DNA of 64,000 nt from the NCBI GenBank assembly GCA_963924565.1, contig OZ004607.1, forward strand, positions 7,502,001 to 7,566,000, read 5' to 3'. This document shows, in pieces, positions 39,201-49,163 of the stretch. Origin of the DNA: Ascidiella aspersa. Taxonomy: Eukaryota. Under the pieces are notes generated by a model, which saw only the letters and a list, made by a program, of their open reading frames with translations, ran no database searches and was not told the origin of the DNA. The stretch's first letter is position 1; every line of letters starts with the position of its first letter. A program made the position numbers and the translations under genes.

Positions 39201-42200
39201 CGATATATGCTCACATATGGTTGATTTACTTTGTACTTTAAAGATTGGTTAACTTATGCATGTTGTAATAGGCAACTGGCGACGATTCTCAACTCTACTC
39301 GGACTCGAGTTCAGCGGATATGACGTAAGCGGATCGAGGATTATGGGAATGGTCCCGGCGGAAGGACTCGCCACTCACGTGACCACCGAGCCGCGGTTCA
39401 CGTGGGAAATACCCGAAAACTGGTCAGTTCTGACAACAATGTGGCCGCTATATTAAAATTATCCAAAGCAGACAGAAACAATAAATGACTTTTCTTAGTA
39501 GAAAGGGTATGTCGCAGTGTTGTAATGACTTATATCAATAACTTGACTCAAGTGCACTTAAGTCACTGTTTTCAAATGACTTGACTTGTTTTTATAAAAT
39601 GACTTGACTTGGACTGAATTTATTAACCCAAACGACTTGGGTTGAAATTAGGTGTTTTTATTTAACATTTTACTATAAAATTAAGGTTTTATCTAACATT
39701 TTGCACGTAAAATCATTATATTGTAACATGCGTTACGCCAAGGTATAGGATCCATACTTAACGGCCCGTCCGATGCCGAGCGCTGCACGAAGCGCCTTTA
39801 AACTGTATATTAATATAGGCGAACTGTAAACAACCAATAAAATACGTAAAACAATCAAAAGCGGCACGTCTAAAAACGAGCAGAAACGTAATTTGCGAAA
39901 GTCTCCAAATGTTATCAAAGCTCTCCCAAAACCCGACAGCCCTCATTTTCCTCTCTTTTACAAACAACTACAACAAGGGGAAAAAGTGCCAACTAAAAAC
40001 GTGGTAAGATAAGAAATAAAGCGTGAAAGATATAGAGGCGATATAATAAAAGAAAGAACGAGTGTGAAAAACAGACGCTCAAAGGATAAAATGCCGGAAC
40101 AATACGACACAAATAAACCATAAAATAATGCGTGTAACACATGTTGTTTTTTGCTACTTTTTAGTTGAATTACTGCTCATAATCTGTCGAGTTTACCAAT
40201 TTTAATGATTTATCGTTTTATTATTACATTAGTGGTTTGACGTGAAGATGACTTGCTATAATAATGACTTGACATGGACTGGTCTAGGGCAGCTGATGAC
40301 TTGGACTTGACTTGTTAGTTTAAAAAAAAGACTTGACTAGGACTAAGTTGACTTTCAAAAAAATGACATGCTTACAACACTGAAAGCCATTGCAGACTCA
40401 CCTAATTTGTCGATCAACGATGCATGCAGGGCAGACTAGAAAAACAACTAGACCGCAGTGCGGTTCGAACTCACGACATATGGTCAAGCCGGACGCTCTA
40501 CCAACTGAGCTATGCACGCTCAGGGAGGAGGGAGTCGAGAAATAACGATAAGCCAATCCTTGCTCAATCTGTTAGTACAAGCAATTTCATAAATATGAAC
40601 TAACAGATTGTGCAAGCATTGGCGTATAGTTGTTTGACGACTCGCTGCTGACAAGATTTTTCATGTTTAACTAATAAAAATCATCACTGTAAAGATTTTG
40701 TGGGAAAAAGAAGACTTTTGTAGGAAAAAGAAGGGATCTAATTCAAAGCAATAACAGAACCTATTTGATTTAATAAAAACATTGCTTAGTGCTTCTATAC
40801 GCTGATAAAAATAAGTCTTTTTATGATTTCCAGGACAATGAGCGAGGCCGCGACGGTTCCAGTAACCTACTCGACCGCCTACTACGCGCTCCTGGTCCGC
40901 GGCCGAATGCGCCGGGGGGACACCGTCCTGGTCCACAGCGGCGCCGGGGGCGTCGGCCAGGCGGCCATCGGCATCGTATTAAGCCGGGGGTGCCGCGTGT
41001 TCACCACCGTGTCTTCTCGCCGCAAGAGGGAGCACTTAATGGCTCGCTTTCCGCAGTTGAGTGAGGCAAGCTTCGCGAACTCACGTGACCTCTCCTTCGA
41101 GCAACACGTGATGAAGCAGACCAATGGGAGAGGTGACAGTTAATCAGTATTTATTTTCTACGAGGACAGTTACCCTTTTTACAACCCTTTACTAATTTAC
41201 TAGATTTTTCTTGCCTTTTTTCACTTTGAATGCATTAAAATGTCAAGAAAACAAGTTTAGAAGAACCGCCTTATGTTGAAGAAAGTTTGACGAAACTCAG
41301 AGCTGTGTTAATTTTGATTTAAAAAACACGTTGGTACCGGAGAAATCATGGACTATTCTTTCTAACTGACGTTTTCAAAATGTTTAAAAAGGCGTGGACA
41401 TCGTGCTAAACAGCTTGGCTGAAGATAAGCTTGAGGCGAGTGTGCGATGCGTTGCTAAGCACGGCAGGTTCCTAGAGATCGGCAAGTTCGACTTGGCGCA
41501 AAACTCAAAGCTTGGTAAGTTTTTCAGTTCATTTGGCCAATATAACACACGAGGTACTCTAGTCCAGTGATCTTCAACCTTTTTGTCCGTTGTATACCTC
41601 TAACAACTTTTTTATAACTTTCTACACCTTGCAAATAACAATGCACAAGGACTGGGGAGGGTTTTTGAACGCTGTAAACTAGATTGATAACTAAATACAT
41701 GCTTAAACCACCCGATCCGTCAGAAATTAGTGCAGTTCTAAGCAAAAAGGTCTACGACAATTAGTGCATCCAAAGGATCAAAAAGTCCGACTTTCAGAGT
41801 TTGAGGTCTTTTCAGACTTTGAGGTATATACCATGGACGAATAACTATCTTATGCCCACCCGAGTTTGGGCTTTTTCCCAGCGTTCAAATATAATTATTA
41901 AATTAACGCACATTATTTGGGTTAGGATTCGGGTTAGCGTTTGGGTTAGGGTGGGTCAAGTGTTATTAATTTTGTCTTCCAGATTTTGTCATCGGTTGGG
42001 AATTGCAATTTTGCTGTGTGCCTGAAACGGAGTAATTTTGTTTTAATTTAGTACCCCTTGGCTTACCATAATTGTTTAACGCTTGCAGACGTCAATGAGT
42101 ACTTGATCTACCCTTTTGAAACAAGTTGGAAATATAGTTTTGTTTTTGTTATTTTTTTTAAACTTGCGATAAGTCACCCTTAAAAGTTTATTCTCGCTTC

Positions 42201-45200
42201 GAAGGCATGTCGGTGTTCTTGCGCAACATTTCCTTCCACGGAATTCTGCTCGACTCGCTCTTTGATGACGACACAAACGACTGGCGGGAAACAGCCGACC
42301 ACGTGACGGAGGGAATCCGAACCGGAGTTGTCCGACCCTTGGACACCACAATATATGAAAAGTATAAGTGTTTTTTCTTTTAAGCAGAGGAATCAGGTGG
42401 CACTGTATAAAGACAAATTGTATTAGATTCTCGACAAGCTTTCGCACAACCGTGCTTCATCAGGTCAAAGTATAAATAAAACAATTAAAATGCACGTAAA
42501 AGCACAGGCGCAAGTAAAAGGCAATAAGAATGGTGACGTCTAACATATCCACAGGCACATGCTCGCAAAAGCGCGTTACTGACGCAAAAACAATTATACT
42601 ACGAGGCCTGCGCTTCGAGGTACGATGGGTGTAGTACAGCCTGCTATGAGGTGTAGTGTGACATAAAGCCCAAATCCCGATTGAGCCCGACATTAATGGC
42701 ATCGAACTTTTTAATTATGTTTTGTTCGACTGTGAGCTTTTAAGCGTAACCCTTTGCGAATGTGAAAGATACCCAAATCAGACAAACATAAAAAATAATA
42801 TTGAATAAAATTGGCAAACACATAGTGTGATATTTTTCCCGAATATTTAACTGTAAAATTATTATCGTTCTACATTGCGTGGCTTTCGAATTAAATTATT
42901 ATGTCACGAAATTATGGAAGTTTTAAACATCCTTGCTTTCTGTCCTAGTTGAAATGACTTAAGTCCAAGTGAAGTCCTTTAGAAAAATAACAAGTCGAAT
43001 CCCAGTCAATCATTATTAGAGCAAGTCACATTCAAGTAAAGTCATTCGCATAATGAATAAAACGTTAAACTGTTAAAATTGTATACTCGTCCGTGTATGA
43101 GAATTTTATCAACTATAAAAGTTACATAAACGCAGCATTTAGTAATCAAATTTTATTGAAAAAAATTATTGAAATCACCTAATTTCAACCAAAGTTTATT
43201 TGGCACAATGACTTAAGTGTAAGTCAAGTAATTTTTTCAAAAGTCTTTAGTCAAGTCAAGTAACTTAAAATCAGTGACTTAAGCAAGTCGTTGACTGAAG
43301 TCACTGCACCACAGGAAATTGAAGAATGTTCAGATAACATATAAGTAACAAGGTATTGCTGAGCAAATGTAGCAAAATATTTATATTTGGATACGATGTT
43401 TCAACGCAGGGACAAAATCGAATCAGCGTTCCGCTTCATGGCACAGGGAAAGCATATTGGCAAAGTGCTCATCGATATGGAAAGTGGAAGCGAACATATT
43501 AAAGCAATGCCAAAGTAAGGCGCATTTCAGCAGTAGTTCAATTATAATGTACCTATAGTTTAAACGTTTCCAAATATTCTTAAATTGATCAGCTTTTTAA
43601 ACAACATTCCAAAAAAAAAAAAAAACACTAAAATGTATTTCGTTGGAGTTTTTTGGAGGAAGGCAATTTTCCGTCAGAAACTTAGATAACTTATCGTTAT
43701 CATACAAACATTTATTCTTCCAAAACAGGTACATTTATTTTATAAAACTAGCTATTAGGAACTCTTTAGGAATAAATTTAAGTTTTAGTTTTACAACTTA
43801 CAACTATGAAGTTCATTTTAAATATTTTTGTTTTTAAGAACTTCCTTCGACCCTGATATGACGTACGTCATCACTGGTGGGTTGGGAGGCTTCGGATTGG
43901 AGCTCTGTGATTGGATGATTCACAGGGGAGTTCGCCGTGTCGTCATCACAAGCAGATCAGGTGAGAATAAAATTTCGCAAATTTGAAAAGGGCTGTCATT
44001 TGCATACTTAAAAACAAACAAAATCTCTTCTGGTTCGACTGGAGACCTAACGTGCCGTCAGGCTAATATATCCGATTTCGACGATTAGCTAAATGCGGCA
44101 AAAATCGGTTTACGCAACGTGTCGGGTCTTAAACTGTTTTTTTAATAAAACTTAGGCCACAGAAAAAATCTATTATACTAATACAGAATGACAGGATTTT
44201 TAATTTTTTCTGTTTTCGTGTTACCAATTGACAGGAGTAAAGACCGGCTACCAGCAACAATATCTCGCCAGGTGGTGCGCGAGCGGCGCTGACGTCATAG
44301 TAAGTAATTGTGACGTCAGCACGCCGGAGGGCGCCAGCGAGCTGCTGACTGATGTCGTGGGAGGCATATTTCACCTGGCCGTGGTTCTGAAGGACTCGCT
44401 GTTCCAGAATCAGAACGCGCAAAGCTTCGAAGATGTGTGCGGAATCAAGTGCAATGGAACCGACAACCTCGACAGGTCAATACACGGCTAAAAGTTTCTA
44501 TCTTGTTAAGACTACCAGTAAAAACCTTATTGCAAGATTGTTAAGCTACTGGTTTTATCACTTGATTTGAGTAACAGCTCGCGTAACTTAAATGTCAAGG
44601 TTTTGATCAAAAGAGTCAACCATGGTAGCTTTTTTTTAACAAAACGTCTGCCAATGGAAATTGTTATTGACTTAATAATATATTTAAGAATCCCATTTTG
44701 AGCGCCTGGTTGGTCCAACACTATATTCTCGCAGTCAAACATTTGGCTTAATTTAAAAATTCTCTTTTCACCTCACCTATTCTTACTATCAACCACGAAA
44801 ACCTTATTAATACAACTCAGCGAATTTTATTGAAAAATGCGGTAGTTTTACGTCCATATTAGAAAAATAAACTATAGAGATCGCTACGATTGGAATCTTT
44901 ACCAGCTATTTATCCATGCTGTTCTCACAATTATAATATGTTTATCCAACTTGACATACAGAGCGTCGCGGCTCCAATGCAAGCGTCTGCGACTCTTTGT
45001 CGTCTTCTCGTCGATGGTGAGCGGGAGGGGAAACCCCGGCCAGACGAACTACGGCCTCGCCAACTCGCACTTGGAGCGCGTGTGTGAGCAGCGGGCAAGA
45101 GACGGACTGCCAGCCCTTGCCGTACAGTGGGGCGCCGTCGGTGACGTGGGCGTCGCCATGGAAACCATCAGCAGTGACGTCATATGCGGAACAGTTAGGC

Positions 45201-46804
45201 AGTCGATGTCGTCATGCTTGAATGTAGGTGTAGTTGCAGTATGACAATTTGTCAACGCAAAATATCTTTTGTTGGAGAACGGACTAAAAACTTTGCTGAC
45301 GTTGGCTTTTGATTCGGTTTTTATTTTTTTAAGAGTCCTTTGCTTTATAGCGATGTTATTGCAAGATCAGTGTTAAAAATACTTAAGTTATTGACTCTAA
45401 CTTGACTCCTATCTCGAATAAGGATGTATAATAAAATAGGTTCAAAGTTAAAACCATTTTCTGGTTGACAAGTTTCTCTTTTTTAATTTTAACTGTTTCA
45501 CTAATTTGTCAATAATAATGACGTTATTGGATCGAACGACAGAACTTTTAACAAAACATTTCAGGCGTCGTAGTAAAACAGAAAATATCTCCACATCTCC
45601 AGGTTTTAACATTTGTATCGGGAAACGAAGGATATGTTCTGTACTGGCTCGTCTTTAAAATGCCTAAAAATGGTATTTAGCTTGTAAAATATTAAAGTTT
45701 CGTATTGGTATGTAATTTGTGCGGTCGTTCCAGTGTTGTTAATTCATTAATTGGTACCAGGTGATAATGTTGTATTTTTAAAAACGTGGTACGAAATCTG
45801 ACATGTTTTACTCCGGGTTAACGACACTAAAAATATCGAGAACCATCACACATTTCTGAAATTATTTAATGCGCCGCGATCACATAAGAAATCGACATTA
45901 AACAACCCAACACTTAATGCAAAACAAACACATTATTAGATGCCTTTATAAACAATGCCAAAGTATCACATATCAAATGCCTCTATACACAGCAGTGATC
46001 GGATTTCGGCATTTGTAAGAATTTTGTTGCTAATACGTCACAAAGTATTATTTGACGAAAGGTTTGTTTGTTGCAATTATATTATCTTTGGCAACTAATG
46101 TTGTTTTACGGAGAACCCTTGTTTAACATAAACCACAGGACTTTCTACACACTTTGGCTATAGGTTGTGTTTTGTCGGGTAAAATAAACTGTAGATTTTT
46201 TTTCCAGACCCTGGACCGATTCCTTTCACAGCAGGAAGATGTTCTTGTTTCCAGCATTGTTCCTGCTCCCAAGAGCAGAGGAAAGAGGAAACAAGAGGGT
46301 GGCTCCTCTATTATCGATGCCGTAGCAAAAATCTTCGGAACTCAGGCAAGATTTTCCTTTGTGTTCACTTTATTTGGAAGACTATAGTTTCTGCTTTTAG
46401 TTAATATTTGGCTTGATCCGTTTTGGCCAACCAATCATCAGTTGGGCATTTGTGGTAGGGACAGAAAAACACTTCTCGTGGCTCGGCTTTGGAAACTGAG
46501 CGCGTTAACTGTAAAAAATAAGGGAGGGGGGGTTGAAATGGCCTAGTCCGTCCCGCAAGTCGCAACATACGTTACAAGTCATGGGTAAATTGAGCTTTTT
46601 CAGAAATTTTTGTCGCAATTTATCCAGGACACGAGCAAATTGAACAAGGAAGTGACCTTCTCCAGCCTGGGTCTTGATTCGTTGATGACGATCGAAATTA
46701 AACAAAAGCTGGAACGCGATTTCAACGTCACAATGAGCAGCGATGACGTACAACAGCTGACCTTCGCCAAACTCGAGCTTCTCTCCAAAGACCTACGTCA
46801 TTAA
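21263..46804 (+). CDS. Type I FAS-like megasynthase copy B, complete, about 2158 aa, KS-AT-DH-pseudoMT-pseudoKR-ER-KR-ACP, no thioesterase
   Basis: 35 exons: 21263-21392, 22422-22574, 22837-23010, 25456-25663, 26561-26694, 26821-26918, 27273-27480, 28112-28321, 28805-28969, 29568-29755, 29981-30170, 30684-30913, 31424-31642, 32183-32465, 33803-33991, 34455-34697, 35294-35474, 35692-36047, 36234-36407, 36535-36717, 36832-36998, 37330-37497, 37971-38083, 38265-38409, 38691-38883, 39272-39422, 40834-41132, 41392-41514, 42205-42361, 43410-43514, 43839-43960, 44235-44475, 44962-45223, 46208-46345, 46628-46804. Phases are consistent and the sum is 6477 nt. Domain order and motifs follow animal FASN. 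Confidence 0.93.
23624..25420 (+). repeat. Tandem duplication of about 650 bp in intron 3 of copy B
   Basis: Units start near 23624 (interrupted by the MITE) and 24789, both with AATCACGT...CCATGCAGGGC...GACGTAAAATCAGACCACT. Confidence 0.8.
23722..24180. mobile_element. hAT-like MITE with ATTAGA repeats
   Basis: TIR CAGACTTGGACAACTAGAT / ATCTAGTTGTCCAGGTCTG with perfect TSD GTTGTATT. Absent at the paralogous site in copy A (~9900). Confidence 0.87.
29568..32465 (+). other. AT (malonyl/acetyl transferase) exons of copy B
   Basis: GMGCQW, GHSVGE (catalytic Ser), GIAFHS, LEIAPH and the post-AT linker WDHS. Confidence 0.92.
31682..32043. mobile_element. hAT-like MITE with GAACCG repeats
   Basis: TIR CAGGGAGTCGAAC / GTTCGACTCCCTG; flanks GATTTTTT / GATTTGTT. 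Confidence 0.8.
33803..35474 (+). other. DH domain exons of copy B
   Basis: [10 protein letters not shown] (HxxxGxxxxP), [20 protein letters not shown] (catalytic Asp). Confidence 0.88.
39515..40382. mobile_element. GACTT-family MITE carrying a nested insertion
   Basis: TIR CAGTGTTGTAA / TTACAACACTG; same family as 10984-11366. Confidence 0.75.
39731..40139. mobile_element. Probable solo LTR nested in the MITE
   Basis: Ends CGTTAC...GTAACA (degenerate TG..CA inverted termini), 4-bp TSD CATG, internal AATAAA. Confidence 0.5.
40384..40564 (-). mobile_element. tRNA-related (SINE-like) repeat
   Basis: Minus strand reads TAGCTCAGTTGGTAGAGCG...GAGTTCGAACC; homologous to 19927-20105. Confidence 0.7.
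43839..45223 (+). other. KR domain exons of copy B
   Basis: [25 protein letters not shown] and GQTNYGLAN (catalytic Tyr). Confidence 0.92.
46208..46804 (+). other. ACP domain and stop codon of copy B
   Basis: AVAKIFGTQ|DTSKLN...[19 protein letters not shown]...[16 protein letters not shown] then TAA at 46802-46804. Confidence 0.92.
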
Positions 46805-47473
46805 GTCACGTTGATGACGTCTACCAAAGAGCGATAAAAGATAACAAATGCCTTTTTCGCGCTTTGCGTCAACCCTTTACTGCCTCTGTAAATGTAATTA
46901 AACACGTTTTTAAGTGGAAAAAATATCCGAGGTCCGCCTGATTTACAGTTATTCTAACATTTCAATAACATAATTCTTAGTTAACATTTTGTGCGGCCCT
47001 CCGAGACCTTTCTCAGTTTGGTTTTGTGTTTTGTCCCGCGACTAGAAAAAGGTTGCCGACCCCATGCCCTGCCGTATACCGAAAAGACGAATTAAGACCT
47101 AGCAATAGCATAATTTTGTAATAGAAAATTATGGGGTATGTAGTGTCTAATTCTGCGCCCAGAAGTGTGCCGACGGCCAATCGGTTACTTAAGGTTTTAC
47201 TACTCAAAACGCGCTGTCCTACACGGTTCTCTCCCCCAAAACTTCACAAAGAAACACGCAAATATCCATGTGGCCTTTTTTTGTATTAGTTTAGCTTGAA
47301 GACCTTTTTATAGTCTGGCAACCCTGTTACAGTAATATGACAGTTTAAATCGAAGTTTGTGTGAACCTATGTGGTAATATGAGTTGTGACCTTAGTGATT
47401 ATAACCACAGCATTATGTGAATATTACGTAATAAAAGACTTAAATCAACTAAGCTGAAAACGCTAAAATTTAA

Positions 47474-47768
47474 GGCCCGTTTACACTACAGCTGCACTAA
47501 GCGGAGCTGAGCTGCACTGGGAGTGAAATTGTTTTCACTACAGCTGGAGTGAGCGGAGCTGAGCTGCACTGGGAGTAAAATTGTTTTCACTACAGCTGCA
47601 GTGAGCTGCGCTGGGCGTAAAAATCTCCCCAGAACATTACGTGTTTCTATAGCTGCACGGGACTTGTAAGCGTAAAAAGCTCGCCACAATAGAATTAAAA
47701 GCAATATACGCTTTGCTCAGCTCAGTCAAAGAGATCTCTTTGGCTCAGTGCAGCCAAGTGTCAACGCC
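47474..47768. mobile_element. Possible PIF/Harbinger-like MITE with internal ~48-bp repeats
   Basis: Imperfect TIR GGCCCGTTTACACT / AGTGTCAACGCC, TAA/TAG flanks, repeated CACTACAGCTG...GCTGAGCTGCACTGGGAGT units. Confidence 0.45.
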
Positions 47769-47946
47769 TAGTTATAGATATCAACGGGATTTAGGGCTAA
47801 CTCTGTGGTTCTTGAACTTTCTCTTTTGAGACTCCCTTGAAAGTTTGCTTGATTTGCGACGCACCGATAAAAATATTCACGGTTGACCACACAAAGTCCT
47901 AACGTGACTTGATAAAACTATTCTATTCTAAGTATCCTGTCTAGAG

Positions 47947-48437
47947 CAGTGGTTCTCAACCTTTTTTAGCTTACGGACCGGTAAAATTTCAAAACAAATT
48001 TTGCGGACCGGTGGACCTTCAAAAATCAAAATCAACCCAAAATGCAAACATGACAAAAGTATGCAACTTAAAAGCAAAGAGTGGAAACTTAAATTCATTG
48101 AGCAATTTGCTGCTGTTTTTTTTTATATCATACGTGTTATACGTGGTTCTATTAAAGTTTTTCACATACAACTGGTCCTAAAATTTACGACTTAAACGAT
48201 CAGTAGCCTAATTTTAAACAGTTGGGCACAACACTTGCATTGTGTCGTACGATAAAGTCCAAAGTAGACCATTAACTCTATGTTACGTCACAATGTTGCA
48301 AATTACGAAGCTGGCGAAGTTCTAAATTTGATGGACAAGCATTCAGCATCTTGCATTTTGTAGTTGAGATTTAAGATTGTAATATATTTCGCGGACCGGC
48401 AGGAAAGTTGACGCAGACCGGCGGTTGTGGACCACTG
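47947..48437. mobile_element. hAT (Charlie-like) non-autonomous element
   Basis: TIR CAGTGGTTCTCAACC / GGTTGTGGACCACTG with perfect TSD GTCTAGAG, matching the NTCTAGAN preference of hAT-Charlie elements. Confidence 0.88.
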
Positions 48438-49163
48438 GTCTAGAGCGAACTAGTTCGAAAATACATTTGAAGTTGGGTCTAATCGCTAAAGTACGAGACA
48501 TTTTGCTTTTATTTGGTATAAAAATTTAGTTTGGATAAAAGTAATTTAAAACGGGACTGGTAGGGTGATCAATCATAACTCATTATTACAATTCGATCAA
48601 GTTCATGTATCGACAGTATTGTATACTAAAACTTAAAACTGTTTCTATAGCATCAGGGAGTAATACTACCTGTAAGCATTTTATTACCGCTGAAGTTTAT
48701 ACCGGTATGCAAAGAGAATAATTATGTCAGGCCCTTGGAGTATTTAAATGGTGCATTAGGTATAGGACGTCGCAACGCATGGTTTGATAATTTCTGAATT
48801 TCGAGACATAGGCTACCTTTTATTTTTTATTTAAGCTGATATTCACATAATATCAATTTATTAAACTTCTTACAATGTTAGACCAAAGAGTATGTTAAGC
48901 AAGCCACAAATCGTGAACTTTAGCACAGCAATGTTGATGGTTTATGTCTCTACTTAAAGACGTAATGACAAAAGTTGTATCTTGATTTGATGATAATTTT
49001 ATGCGAACTTGAACGGAATGTTACTGTGTACTGTATGTACAATGTACATGTGCTCATATAGTTATTAAATCATATATTTTTACTGGTAAAGGGCTAGTAG
49101 CAAGTGTAAAATTTAGTTCCTGCTGCCTATTTTAAACACGCGCAACAGAAGACAGACAGAAGC

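Larger units (their letters stand above)
38691..43514 (+). other. ER domain exons of copy B
   Basis: [32 protein letters not shown] (NADPH binding), [17 protein letters not shown]. Confidence 0.92.

Noticed and set aside
40440-40520. Possible tRNA gene on the minus strand
   Set aside because: A and B boxes are present, but the anticodon arm is shortened and the flanks are shared with other dispersed copies, so it is a repeat.
1141-46804. Bacterial or symbiont PKS cluster or recent horizontal transfer
   Set aside because: Dozens of spliceosomal introns, animal FASN-type motifs and animal neighbour genes.
46805-49100. Hidden thioesterase exons
   Set aside because: No GxSxG-type reading frame seen; the interval is largely MITE-like elements and the ACP exon ends in a stop.
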